A stretch of 64,000 nucleotides of DNA from a virus (lineage: Duplodnaviria; Caudoviricetes). Of the stretch, positions 1-9,706 are shown in pieces. The stretch covers positions 64,001-128,000 of the IMG/VR virus record IMGVR_UViG_3300044712_000786; one strand, 5' to 3'. The notes beneath the pieces were generated by a model. That model had not been told where the DNA came from. It saw only the letters and a program-made list of their open reading frames with translations, and ran no database searches. Within the stretch, counting starts at the first letter, position 1. Each line of letters opens with the position of its first letter. Position numbers and translations under genes: made by a program.

Positions 1-1840
1 CTACATCGGCTATAGCGTCTACTCTTTCTGGATTTGTATCAACTGGCTTTTCGACATAACTCTTTACTTTATCTAGCCAATCTTTGGGCTCTTCATTACT
101 AATTAAAACGGAAGCTATGTTGCGAGCGATTTTGTTCTGGTTATCGTCCAGTTCTTTCGTTTTGAATTTCTTAAGAAGAATCTTCTTAATCTCATCTTCC
201 GCTTTCTGAGCAGCCCAAAAGTTATCCTTTACTTTCATTACGCTGTAAGTCGCGCCCATAGGTCTAACTTTCTTAGTAGACTGTTTACTCTTGGTCCCCT
301 TGGGTCTTCCATTTGCGCCAGATATTTTAGGCTTGGGAGCATTATCTACTTTATATTTAGCCATGGCCATTTGGTCCGCTGGACCCCCCGCAATTGGTTG
401 ATACAAGCCCTTGTCTCTAGCCTGTTTAAATGCGGTTTGGCTTTCTAAGGATGAAATATTATCGGGTAGAATGCCCGTTTCAATAGCTTCTATAGTTTCT
501 TCCGCTGTAAGTAGACCAATTTCCGCTAACCTTGTATAAAGCTTGGCATACTCTAAAGAATCCTTCAGGTTAATATCAGCAAAATAAGGAGTAGGGAAGC
601 TTTTAAATCCCATGTCCTTACTAATCCTCTTAATCTCAGGAATTAGGAAGTCATAAAGAAAAGCTTGACGCCCTTGCTTTAATCTTTCGATGAAAACCTG
701 AACCTTCATGCTCTGATTAGCAAACTTTTCCCCATCGCCCATAAGAACGTTATTTAAGCCCATCCTAATGTCTCTATCAACGCTTTCATACTTCTTGGGG
801 TCTAAGAAATTCGAAATGTCAGGGATAATAAACTGAGCCTTCGTTGTCCAATCCGCTATAAGAACCCTGCCAACAGACTCATTTTGGAATAGCTTCTGCA
901 TTTCCACCATTGCCGCTACGTTAGTCCCTCCCTCATCAGGGGGAGCGCCCATAGTAATCAACAAAACAGCCTGTTGAACTGTTCTAGTAACAGCCATGTC
1001 CATTTTGCGCATTTCGGCTTTCCAGTTAAGGTCAGCCAGCACTGGATAACCCATGGGAATAGCAAAAGGCTCATAGCTTTGTTTCTTATAGAAGACAGCG
1101 TATGTTTTATTAGGGTCAAGCGGCATAGACATATTGACCGTGCCGCCTTTTTTAATTTGTTTCTGAATTTCTGGAGGTAGACTCTTAAAAACCTCAAGGT
1201 CTTCATCGGTAACTGGCTTGCGGAGTCTCGACAATTCATATTCACTAAGTATCTTGTTATACAATGTATTAACGAAAGAGATATTCCCAGACGCTTCAAT
1301 TTCCGCTGGATTTAGAACTACATATTTAACTGGCAATCTGAGCGCTGCTGTAGATTGTTCTAGCCCATAGGTTTGTGTAAGTTTTGTAATAAAAGCTTCA
1401 TCGATAAGCGAGTCTAAACGAAGCAGGAACACGCTGCCAGAGCGATAATATTCTCTAAAGAAAATATCCTGTATATTCCACATGCTTATTTTCTTAAATA
1501 AAGCATTAAAAAATTCTCTAGCTTTGGCCGTCCCCCCCTTGAATGATATATCACTAATAGAGAATTCGGTCATTAGGTCTATAGTATTGCGGAATATCGA
1601 AAAGTTATAATAGGCTTTCTGGCATAGCCTTATAGCGTCTTTGACATCGATACTGCAACTAGAACTCCTATGGAAGGGGTCTATACCTGACTCGATATTG
1701 GTATAATTATCCGTCCTTTCTATAGTTCCCGCTCTATTACGTCTCGTTGGCGAAGTGGAAGCTATGCTTTCCGTTACCAGAGGGATAGCCTTACTAACCT
1801 CTACCTTAGCGTCTGCCTTTATATCTTTCTTCTTTGCCAT
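1..1840 (-). CDS. Probable portal protein (runs off the left edge)
   Basis: Missing from the ORF track. Manual translation from ATG at 1840 (MAKKKDIKADAKVEV...AYYNFSIFRNTIDLMTEF...YEPFAIPMGYPVLADLNWKAEMRKMD...) stays open to base 2 (>610 aa). Lies directly downstream of the terminase and has portal-like segments. Confidence 0.75.
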   Translation of the reverse strand, partial: MAKKKDIKADAKVEVSKAIPLVTESIASTSPTRRNRAGTIERTDNYTNIESGIDPFHRSSSCSIDVKDAIRLCQKAYYNFSIFRNTIDLMTEFSISDISFKGGTAKAREFFNALFKKISMWNIQDIFFREYYRSGSVFLLRLDSLIDEAFITKLTQTYGLEQSTAALRLPVKYVVLNPAEIEASGNISFVNTLYNKILSEYELSRLRKPVTDEDLEVFKSLPPEIQKQIKKGGTVNMSMPLDPNKTYAVFYKKQSYEPFAIPMGYPVLADLNWKAEMRKMDMAVTRTVQQAVLLITMGAPPDEGGTNVAAMVEMQKLFQNESVGRVLIADWTTKAQFIIPDISNFLDPKKYESVDRDIRMGLNNVLMGDGEKFANQSMKVQVFIERLKQGRQAFLYDFLIPEIKRISKDMGFKSFPTPYFADINLKDSLEYAKLYTRLAEIGLLTAEETIEAIETGILPDNISSLESQTAFKQARDKGLYQPIAGGPADQMAMAKYKVDNAPKPKISGANGRPKGTKSKQSTKKVRPMGATYSVMKVKDNFWAAQKAEDEIKKILLKKFKTKELDDNQNKIARNIASVLISNEEPKDWLDKVKSYVEKPVDTNPERVDAIADV

Positions 1841-1857
1841 ATTATTAAATTACACTC

Positions 1858-3708
1858 CTAAATCATCATAGGAACGAACATTCCAGTGCTCGTATCCTTA
1901 GGTTGTCTCATGATGTCAAAATAGCACTTATTGGCCCAATTACCCAATAAAAGAGCAGTATAATTGTCCTTCCTAGCCCTATCTACCGAAGTGCTTCTTT
2001 TAAGGTGAAGGGGCAGGTCAAACGATTGGGTTCCCTTAGCTGTAGATTTTACTTCAATTAAGGCACACTGTTTCTTAACGTCATTAATTAATCTATCCTG
2101 AGTATCAATAAGGTCAATTATAGATTCTTCTTTTAACAAGTCCATCGGAATCTTAGCCGAAGACTGAGTAGATAAAGCCGAACCATTAGGATTAATTCTG
2201 GAGCCGAACCATACCTTTTTATGGTCTATGCTAGTCTGTAATAACACGTTAGCATTTCTAATAAAATCGCTGGAGAACACTTGCTTAGTGACAATTCTTC
2301 CACCAATCTTATTTTTACTGTATTGTTGCCTAGCGGTTTTTAACATTACTTCGTAATCCTGTCCGATTAAGTCGCTATCAAAATCTATGAAATCAAAACT
2401 AATGCCAGCGCGTTTAAATAGTTCACTTTCCGTCGCGCTATCAATAAACTGGAAACCTGCATTATCGATTGTGATATATACGATATCAAAACTATTTACT
2501 AAGTAGTATAGATAAGCAATGTGCTCTTTTAAATCTCCACCCGCTACCGCATAATTATGGACTACAGTAGGAACCTCAGTAGCTTCATCTATTTCCATTA
2601 AACACATAGCGAAAAAGTCGCTTGTGGGAGAGTTACTAAAGCTAGGGTCAATCGCTAAGATATACTTTTTATCTCCAGTTCCAACTAACTTAAGAGTCGT
2701 TTCTTCTCCGTCTGGGATTGTGCAAATCTGCATCTTCTTAGCTGAGAAATATCCCTCGCTATCGTCTACAAAAGCTGCTCCATACTCGCGCATGAAGGAG
2801 GAATGAGAAGACCCACCATCTTTTGCCGCCTGAATGATTTCCTGAGAAAGCATGTGCGAAGGTAGGGCTTCATAGCTCATTTGAGCGATGAAATACTTAG
2901 ATGATGTTATCTCTGGGGACTTGATATTATCAATAAATTCGCAGTATTTTTGATATAAATACTCAAAAGTATAGCTAGCCGAAGAAAGAAAAATAACCCT
3001 AGTTTCGTTCTCGAAGACAGTCCTTTTAGCGGGGTCCAACTTGCCTTCTTTAATAAGCTTATCTTCAATTTCGGTAACTCTAATTCTCTCCTTGACGTTC
3101 ATGGGGACGCTCAAGAAGGGGGTCAAAACAGACTCAACAATATCCTGAGGCATTAATAGGAACTCGTCAATAATCAAGACGTTAGCGCGAAAACCACGAA
3201 CCTTATCACCGCTAAGAGGAATAGCTGATATAGTAGAAACGTCTCCCGTAGGATGAGCCATGTTCCATTCGAATAAGTCGTTTCTTCTCTGCTTTAGTCC
3301 GAAAGCTTGCTGCAAAATAATAGAGCTAGGTGAATCTACTATCTTTTCTAATTCAGTAAATATATGTCTAGCTGTTCTGAATGTAGGGCCAGCTATGATA
3401 ATCTTTGCACCGGGATTAAAGATGGGATACAAAAAGCAAAAGAAAGCCGCCATGGTACTTTTAGCTCCACCACGGGAAAGAACCGCGAGACTGAAGTTTC
3501 TATTAAACCATGCTTTAAGCATGATTTCCTGATAAGGAGCTAACTTAATACCACTAAATAATTCGGTGGCTATATATAGATTATGTCTAAGGAATTTTAC
3601 CAAACTGGACTGAGCTTGCTTATCTTCTAGCTCCCCTGTTAACTCCATTAAGCCTTGATTAACGTCAGCCAAGTTTAACTCGTATTTTTCTGGGCACCAA
3701 AAAGCCAT
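1858..3708 (-). CDS. terL: Terminase large subunit
   Basis: Walker A-like SRGGAKST, Walker B LIIDEF, coupling motif FLSSA, C-terminal RNase H-like nuclease LAIDPS and late Asp (RKDNY); 616 aa next to the portal. Confidence 0.9.
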   Translation of the reverse strand: MAFWCPEKYELNLADVNQGLMELTGELEDKQAQSSLVKFLRHNLYIATELFSGIKLAPYQEIMLKAWFNRNFSLAVLSRGGAKSTMAAFFCFLYPIFNPGAKIIIAGPTFRTARHIFTELEKIVDSPSSIILQQAFGLKQRRNDLFEWNMAHPTGDVSTISAIPLSGDKVRGFRANVLIIDEFLLMPQDIVESVLTPFLSVPMNVKERIRVTEIEDKLIKEGKLDPAKRTVFENETRVIFLSSASYTFEYLYQKYCEFIDNIKSPEITSSKYFIAQMSYEALPSHMLSQEIIQAAKDGGSSHSSFMREYGAAFVDDSEGYFSAKKMQICTIPDGEETTLKLVGTGDKKYILAIDPSFSNSPTSDFFAMCLMEIDEATEVPTVVHNYAVAGGDLKEHIAYLYYLVNSFDIVYITIDNAGFQFIDSATESELFKRAGISFDFIDFDSDLIGQDYEVMLKTARQQYSKNKIGGRIVTKQVFSSDFIRNANVLLQTSIDHKKVWFGSRINPNGSALSTQSSAKIPMDLLKEESIIDLIDTQDRLINDVKKQCALIEVKSTAKGTQSFDLPLHLKRSTSVDRARKDNYTALLLGNWANKCYFDIMRQPKDTSTGMFVPMMI

Positions 3709-4700
3709 TAGATTAGTCCTTTCTCGTAAGATAACTGTAAGTCGAACTTAAGAAGTTCCCCTTTAGAGGCAAATATCTTCTGGATAATTTCAGTCGCCTT
3801 TTTCCTATTATAAACGAATAGGAATTGAACATTAGGAAACTCCTGAATCAAATCTCTCACATTATGGAAGATAAAATCGGGGGTTACTCTCATTCCACGG
3901 GGAACATATAAACCGTTGAGTGTAAGGGCGTTACTTATATCAGATTCTATTAAGACTACTAGTCTTCCGCCAGCCTTCCTAGCTCTAACGAATTCAGAAT
4001 TTAATCGTTTGTAACTGGAGCCGAAACTTGATATGAAATCTCCCAGTGATTTACGTTCGATGAATATGTCTGAAGCCTCGACTCCTTTACCTTCATCATT
4101 TCTGTAAATACAGGAATAATCACCAAAGTTAAGAGTTGCAATCTCTGTCCCCCATCTAAATTCAAGAGGTTTTTGTTCTCTCGTGTCAACGAGAATTGTG
4201 GGGGTTTGGTGACTAATGGTTTGACTGATTTCATAATAAGGCTCGTATTTCACTAAATACCCCATCTTTAGAAGCTCTCCATAAAAGCTTTCGAATAATT
4301 GGGTCATGTAGTTAAAGGATGGTAAATACAAGCTTTTACATTCTACCTCCGAGGGAGCATACAACAAATTTTTGTCTGACTTTCGCTTAAGTAAGTAATC
4401 TAAACAGTATTTTTTTTGTCTCTCTTTGTCCTGTTTAATAAACCAAAAATGAAAGTTGTCCTTACAATTAAAATCGTGACTAAAATAGTGTTCTTTATTC
4501 TTAAAAGCCATTGGCTCACAAGTAAATAAATCTACTTTAGGAAAATGCTGGGTATAGTATTTTTCCACAGTAGTTTTATGAGAACGTAGATGACGATGTA
4601 ACTTTACATCATCCTCAAACTCAGTTTTACATATAAGACAATTAACCATTGAATACTTCTCCCCTAGACAGGCCGAATATTCTAGCTTTTGTTTCATCAA
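3708..4700 (-). CDS. C2H2 zinc finger fused to ERCC4/XPF-type nuclease
   Basis: N-terminal CLIC...HRHLRSH; ERCC4 signature ILVDTREQ...GDY...IERKS..D. Confidence 0.8.
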   Translation of the reverse strand: MMKQKLEYSACLGEKYSMVNCLICKTEFEDDVKLHRHLRSHKTTVEKYYTQHFPKVDLFTCEPMAFKNKEHYFSHDFNCKDNFHFWFIKQDKERQKKYCLDYLLKRKSDKNLLYAPSEVECKSLYLPSFNYMTQLFESFYGELLKMGYLVKYEPYYEISQTISHQTPTILVDTREQKPLEFRWGTEIATLNFGDYSCIYRNDEGKGVEASDIFIERKSLGDFISSFGSSYKRLNSEFVRARKAGGRLVVLIESDISNALTLNGLYVPRGMRVTPDFIFHNVRDLIQEFPNVQFLFVYNRKKATEIIQKIFASKGELLKFDLQLSYEKGLI

Positions 4701-5727
4701 GGGCGGATAGTTTCTCTATTTCGTCGCCCAGAAGTCTTTTTCTTTCTTCCGCATACTCTATAAGTCTCTTTCGTCCCTCTTCCTCTTTCCATACTTGGAC
4801 TAAATTAAGGACAGTCGCGTTTTCTTTAATTTGGTCTTGTATTCTCTGACTGCGTTCTTCAGTTAAAGCCTTAAATAGCTTCTGCTGGCGTTGCACGCTA
4901 GAATTGTGCTCCGTTCGGGCAACATTAATAGCTTCTACTAACTGCATGGACATTTTTCCACCCTCTTGGACTATTTTAGTCTGCTCATTTTGAAGCATAT
5001 TAATAGTTCTTTGAATGCTAGAGGCCATAACAACTTCCGTGCATAGCATAATATACTGGTCTATATCTTCCTTAGTAAGGTCGGGCTTATCAAAGGTATA
5101 TTTAATAAAGCTGCTTTCAAATAGTTCCCTGTCTGACTTAGTATCATAGGTTTCCATCTGATATACGAACCTGAAATCATGGAGGTAAGTCATCAGAGAT
5201 TCTATCTCTTTTCTTATCTTAGTAGATATGGTTTTGTAGTCGTAATTACAGCCATGAACATATTTATTAACTCTCGCAACTGCCCTATCTATAGTATTGG
5301 GGGCTTTATATTCGGCTTCAACTGAATTAGGGTCCTCGAAAGGAGAAACTCCCTCTAAGTTTTTAATAAACGATAATACTAACTTGACTTCCGAATGTAA
5401 ATTAGTTAGATTGGGATTATTAAATAAGATTTGGGCTATCTCGAAAGCCTTCATCGTCTGACAGTTATTCTTAATATATTCTTCCTGCTCGGGGGTTAGG
5501 GTAATAGCTGGTTTAACGATGGGCGCAGATTGATTTTTAGGAACTATTTTTCTCTCCGCAAGAAAGCTCTTAATAAGTCTTGCGTGTTTGGTAGTTCCCT
5601 TGTCGCTAACATCAGGTCCGAAAGCCAGACGAATTAACTCTGAAATAGATGGAGGGTCATAAGGTCTATTATTCCACTCGTCTAGGATTTTTTGCTTCTG
5701 TTCGTCTGTTAATGTTAATTCGCTCAT
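4642..5727 (-). CDS. Hypothetical helical protein, possible small terminase subunit
   Basis: 361 aa, two N-terminal HTH-like repeats (LTLTDEQKQKI / ITLTPEQEEYI), coiled-coil C-terminus. The function is inferred from position upstream of terL only. Confidence 0.4.
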   Translation of the reverse strand: MSELTLTDEQKQKILDEWNNRPYDPPSISELIRLAFGPDVSDKGTTKHARLIKSFLAERKIVPKNQSAPIVKPAITLTPEQEEYIKNNCQTMKAFEIAQILFNNPNLTNLHSEVKLVLSFIKNLEGVSPFEDPNSVEAEYKAPNTIDRAVARVNKYVHGCNYDYKTISTKIRKEIESLMTYLHDFRFVYQMETYDTKSDRELFESSFIKYTFDKPDLTKEDIDQYIMLCTEVVMASSIQRTINMLQNEQTKIVQEGGKMSMQLVEAINVARTEHNSSVQRQQKLFKALTEERSQRIQDQIKENATVLNLVQVWKEEEGRKRLIEYAEERKRLLGDEIEKLSALDETKARIFGLSRGEVFNG

Positions 5728-6416
5728 AGAATATCTATTTCGCCTCTATTTAAGCTTTCTTTTACCTTCTTCATAATCGTCTTTCGAAGGTTTTTAATCT
5801 GTTTGTAACCGGGAGCGCGATGTTTTTCTGAAGTTTTAAAGCCCATAATTGCCGCCGCTTCTTCTTCGCTCTTATGCTCAATAAATAAGAGCTTGTAACA
5901 TTTCCACTCCGAAGGCTTTAGAATCTCTTCCATTCTTTTGTGAATATTGGGGGCGGTCCTTTCTATATCTATAGTATCTTCGTAACGGTTGAACACTTCT
6001 TGAGTATGATTGTCTAATGGGACTGGCAACTTAGTATCATAGGCACGCTTTTTAGTCTTTTCCCATCTAGCATAAAGAGGACAAGTAGAGCATTGCTTAG
6101 TGTATATGTTGCATAAGTCATCCCCTTCCGCAGCAGCACATTTTAAGCATGGCCTTGAGAAGTTATAATACATATTCCTAATCAAGTTCTTAATTTGACT
6201 AGAAATAACGGTATTAATCCAAGGGGCTAAGGGTCTGCTGGCATCATAAAGATGCCACTTCTTAAATATATGTATCCTAAGGATTTGCGCAACATCATCG
6301 AAATCGAACCAAGATAACGCCGTCAGGGTCCAACGGCTCTTGCGCTTATTTATTTCGTTATCTATCTCCCCGATATGCTCTTCGAAAAGGGGAGCATTTT
6401 TTTTGCGTCGGGGCAT
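5724..6416 (-). CDS. Sigma-70/ECF-like transcription factor with Cys-rich insert
   Basis: Region-2-like DDVAQILRIHIFKKWHLYDASRPLAPWINTVISSQIKN; region-4-like LKPSEWKCYKLLFIEHKSEEEAAAIMG; CxxC...C...CxxC between them. Confidence 0.75.
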   Translation of the reverse strand: MPRRKKNAPLFEEHIGEIDNEINKRKSRWTLTALSWFDFDDVAQILRIHIFKKWHLYDASRPLAPWINTVISSQIKNLIRNMYYNFSRPCLKCAAAEGDDLCNIYTKQCSTCPLYARWEKTKKRAYDTKLPVPLDNHTQEVFNRYEDTIDIERTAPNIHKRMEEILKPSEWKCYKLLFIEHKSEEEAAAIMGFKTSEKHRAPGYKQIKNLRKTIMKKVKESLNRGEIDIL

Positions 6417-6419
6417 AGG

Positions 6420-6839
6420 TTACTTTTTCTTACCGCGAACCCTGTTTTGGGGTCTAATAGAGCCAGCTTCCCTAGAAAACTCTTCTAGAAACTTTTTCTG
6501 TGATACTTTGGGTCCTTGTCTTGATGGGAGGTTGGCTTTAGAGCCTCCTACACCGCTCATAAGAACATCATTTAGAGTGCTCTTGGGTCTGGCGGGGGCT
6601 ATAATTTCAGATTCTAGCTCTAAATCTTCGGCGCTTAAGGAAGTTACTGCATTATCCGCGTCATCATCGTCATCATCTAGGGTATTATCGTCATCGTCAT
6701 CTGGAGGGGGAGTAACGAAAGTAGAAACTTTGGCCGTTGTTTTGCTCAGAAAGGACTTGCCACAATAGCCACAGAAAGCAGGCGTCTTAGACGAATATTC
6801 AGTCCCCTGACCACAAGACTTACAATAATACTTAAGCAT
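6420..6839 (-). CDS. Zinc-ribbon protein with acidic tract
   Basis: CKSC...CGYC, then a poly-Asp tract and a basic C-terminus; GTGTAA 16 nt upstream. Confidence 0.6.
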   Translation of the reverse strand: MLKYYCKSCGQGTEYSSKTPAFCGYCGKSFLSKTTAKVSTFVTPPPDDDDDNTLDDDDDDADNAVTSLSAEDLELESEIIAPARPKSTLNDVLMSGVGGSKANLPSRQGPKVSQKKFLEEFSREAGSIRPQNRVRGKKK

Positions 6840-6928
6840 AACTGTTAGATTATGTTACACTTAAAGGGATGTTTCTAGAAAATCTTTATTTTTTTTATAG
6901 CCCACTTAACTACTGTAATTAAAATAGG

Positions 6929-7216
6929 ATGCATTCTAAACCATTCATTTTCAAAAATTCTAAAGGAGTAGAATACAGCGTGACTGTAGAGAATATTCCC
7001 CCGAAGAGGGAAGCTTTAGGGGAATGTGATGCCCCTTGGAATAATAACCCTAAGATAGTGATAGAAGCAGACTTAACCGATAGGAGAAGGCTTTCAGTAG
7101 CTATAGAAGAGATAGCTCATGCCTTCTTTTTCGAAAGACCCGAAAAAGATATAAAGAAATTCGCCGCTACTTTAGCGAAATTCCTTTATAAAGATGATTG
7201 GAGAAAGACTTATTAA
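6929..7216 (+). CDS. Small zincin-like (metallopeptidase-fold) protein
   Basis: G.CD...KIVIE..L....RLSVAIEEIAHAF resembles minimal HExxH zincins, but the motif reads EExxH. Confidence 0.45.
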   Translation: MHSKPFIFKNSKGVEYSVTVENIPPKREALGECDAPWNNNPKIVIEADLTDRRRLSVAIEEIAHAFFFERPEKDIKKFAATLAKFLYKDDWRKTY

Positions 7217-7947
7217 GCTATAGGAGCATGAATAGCTTCCAAAGCACTTACTAAGAACTTAAGGAATTCGGACCTAACAATGTCCTCTTTCCCAAATTTA
7301 AAATGGTAAACTCCATGTTCAGCCGCTCCCTCATAACTAGATAAGTGATTGGCTAAGGTCTCAAATCCGCCCCGATTACCGTTCTTTAAGTCTGTCTGAC
7401 TAGGGTCAGCGATAACGAAACACTTAGAAAAGTGACCGAAACGAGTTAGAATGGTTACTATTTCCTTCATGGAGCTATTTTGAACTTCGTCAAATACTAT
7501 TGCTTTTGCGTTCCAGCTTAAACCACGAGCGAAATTAGTTGGAAAAGCAACAGCCCTCTCTTGTTTAAGGAGATTGTCGGCTTCCTGCTTGGGGAGTAGC
7601 TCTTGCAGCTTATCCATAAACGGGATATTATAGAACTGCATCTTATCACCTATGCTTCCCGGTAAATAGCCTGTTTTACTATCCGAACTTTCTACAGCGG
7701 ACCTTACGTAAATTAATTCCGAAACCCTCTTTTCATTTAATAGCTTTAAAGCACAGTAAATAGAAATTAAAGTCTTGGAAGTTCCCGCGCAACCAGAAAC
7801 AAACATAACTCTAGTATTCTTGTCTAGAGCTAATTTTATGAATTCTTTTTGTTTTTCGGTCCAGTTTAATTCTCTGATGTTCAAAATACCCTGAAGCTTA
7901 TCCCTTTGATGAACGTATAACGACTCGTCCTTGTTTCTTTTTTTCAT
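7213..7947 (-). CDS. phoH: PhoH-family ATPase
   Basis: GCAGTSKT Walker A, RSAVE...GYLPG, RGLSW, DEVQN, DPSQTDL, FGKEDIVRS. Confidence 0.92.
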   Translation of the reverse strand: MKKRNKDESLYVHQRDKLQGILNIRELNWTEKQKEFIKLALDKNTRVMFVSGCAGTSKTLISIYCALKLLNEKRVSELIYVRSAVESSDSKTGYLPGSIGDKMQFYNIPFMDKLQELLPKQEADNLLKQERAVAFPTNFARGLSWNAKAIVFDEVQNSSMKEIVTILTRFGHFSKCFVIADPSQTDLKNGNRGGFETLANHLSSYEGAAEHGVYHFKFGKEDIVRSEFLKFLVSALEAIHAPIA

Positions 7948-8066
7948 ATAGTAAGAACCACAATAGATTACACTAGAGACACTTTCGAATAAAAAAATCG
8001 GTTAAAATCTACTTTAAATTTCACAAAATCACTTATCTATTTTAATTTAATCGTGCTTTTGTAAGA

Positions 8067-8101
8067 TTGACAAGATTTAAAACTATTCCTAGAATTAGGT
8101 T
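8067..8101 (+). promoter_or_regulatory. Sigma70-type promoter, leaderless transcript
   Basis: TTGACA-N17-TAGAAT-N6-ATG(8102). Confidence 0.75.
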
Positions 8102-8311
8102 ATGGATGCAGCAGAAAGAGTTAAAAAGCTGTTCGAGCAAGCAAAAACAATAGGTCTTCCTTTTCCTTCGGCGGGAATGATAGAGGATTCTATAAGAGAC
8201 GCGGAATGGGACGCTCTGTATAAACCATTGGAAGTGTCTCAATATCACCACGTTAAACCTCATTTTATGAAGGAAGTATGGAAACGAGCAAACGAAAAAG
8301 TGGAAGTTTAA
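8102..8311 (+). CDS. Hypothetical protein
   Basis: 69 aa ORF starting exactly at the predicted +1. Confidence 0.6.
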   Translation: MDAAERVKKLFEQAKTIGLPFPSAGMIEDSIRDAEWDALYKPLEVSQYHHVKPHFMKEVWKRANEKVEV

Positions 8312-8514
8312 TAACGGAACTAATATTCATCCTTATAGGATTTGGCTTATTATTCCTAAAACTATGGTTTCCCATCCCTTGGTTGGTTATCCTAGCGGTG
8401 GCGACATTCCCAATGTGGTTTGGTTGGCTCTTTGCCATTAGCGCTTTTATTTTATCGTTGCTCGCCGCTTTCTTAGGCGGGGTTTTAATCTGGATTTTTG
8501 GAAAAAGCAAATGA
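8278..8514 (+). CDS. Small membrane protein
   Basis: Two or more hydrophobic segments; overlaps its neighbours. Confidence 0.55.
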   Translation: METSKRKSGSLITELIFILIGFGLLFLKLWFPIPWLVILAVATFPMWFGWLFAISAFILSLLAAFLGGVLIWIFGKSK

Positions 8515-9083
8515 CCCTACAGGACAGAATTGACAATTACGTTGCCGAGACTGGGTTTCCTAGAACTTTATTTTTAGGAGAAGATGGGCGTCTAGTCGGC
8601 ACTTGGGTTATGGGAAATAACTATCATGTCACAACTAGCTATTATGGAGGTTATCCTCACGGTTACTTAAAACGAATTAAGGCAATGTTTCCCGATAAAC
8701 GGAACGTGCTTCATCTTTTTTCGGGCAAGGTAGACACGAAAATTATTCCCGGTCAAACAGTTGATATAAATGATACAAACAAAGCCGATTATGTAGACGA
8801 TGCCCAAGAGTTAACAAGCGTACCTCTGGAACTCTTCGACCTTGTTTTAGCTGACCCCCCTTACTCCGTAGAGGACTGCGACCACTACCAAACTACGATG
8901 ATTAAACGGAACAAGGTAATGGACGCTCTAGGGCGCAGACTTTCAACTAAAGCTCATGTTGTTTGGCTTGACCAAGTACTTCCAATGTATCGTAAAACAG
9001 ATTTCGATATGGTAGGCGTTATCGGTATGGTAAAGTCTACAAACCATCGTTTTCGAGTAATAACTATTTTTCAAAAAAAATAA
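8511..9083 (+). CDS. Amino-methyltransferase-like protein
   Basis: VLHLFSG (SAM-binding-like) and DLVLADPPY (N6A/N4C catalytic motif). Confidence 0.65.
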   Translation: MTLQDRIDNYVAETGFPRTLFLGEDGRLVGTWVMGNNYHVTTSYYGGYPHGYLKRIKAMFPDKRNVLHLFSGKVDTKIIPGQTVDINDTNKADYVDDAQELTSVPLELFDLVLADPPYSVEDCDHYQTTMIKRNKVMDALGRRLSTKAHVVWLDQVLPMYRKTDFDMVGVIGMVKSTNHRFRVITIFQKK

Positions 9084-9269
9084 ATGACTACTATAACTTG
9101 CGACCTTTGTAAAAGTAAAATAAATGGACAACCCATCAAAGTTATTATGCGCGATGGCGAACACCCGCATAATGGCTCAACTATGTATACTACAGTTGAT
9201 TGCTGCGATTTCTGTATTCGGAAGCTTCCTCTAGAATGTAACGCGGAAGTAGACGATTATAAACAATAA
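9084..9269 (+). CDS. Small Zn-binding hypothetical protein
   Basis: CDLC...CCDFC, 61 aa. Confidence 0.5.
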   Translation: MTTITCDLCKSKINGQPIKVIMRDGEHPHNGSTMYTTVDCCDFCIRKLPLECNAEVDDYKQ

Positions 9270-9270
9270 T

Positions 9271-9456
9271 ATGTATACCCTATATTTCAAGCATGAAGGG
9301 AATTGGTATCATTACGCCACTTTTGACGGTAGCGAAATTCCTAAATATGTAGAGTTTATAAAAGTAGATAAAAAAACTAAATTTAGATTAGTCAAGACTG
9401 AGCTTCTGGTTGAGGGGACGGCTGAACGGGTTGCGAAGACTTTAAGCGAGCTTTAA
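9271..9456 (+). CDS. Hypothetical protein
   Basis: 61 aa ORF in operon context. Confidence 0.45.
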   Translation: MYTLYFKHEGNWYHYATFDGSEIPKYVEFIKVDKKTKFRLVKTELLVEGTAERVAKTLSEL

Positions 9457-9682
9457 CGATATACTTTTCCTTGATTTGCTTTAATAAATCTGGATGTGCG
9501 GCTTGCCATTTCTTAGCATTACTTACGTAACGTTCTTTATTCTGTTGATAATGAGATTTCTGGCGTGCATCTTGACAAGACTTACAATCATATCTCAGTC
9601 CATCTTTAGTAGCCGACTGTTTACGAAATTCGCTAATAGGCTTTTCAACTTTGCATTTGGAACAAGTTTTCAATATATCCAT
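9392..9682 (-). CDS. Homing-endonuclease-type N-terminal Zn domain without nuclease domain
   Basis: KTCSKCKVEKPISEF...RYDCKSC matches the N-terminus of the HNH at 50228 (KICTKCLINKPLDEF...RSDCKIC); GTGTAA upstream. Confidence 0.6.
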   Translation of the reverse strand: MDILKTCSKCKVEKPISEFRKQSATKDGLRYDCKSCQDARQKSHYQQNKERYVSNAKKWQAAHPDLLKQIKEKYIVKARLKSSQPVQPSPQPEAQS

Positions 9683-9706
9683 ATAGATAGATTACACACA
9701 ATTAAG

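Noticed and set aside
958-1299. ORF-track entries 958-1299 and 974-1180
   Set aside because: They lie inside the portal reading frame, which the track missed because it runs off the window edge.
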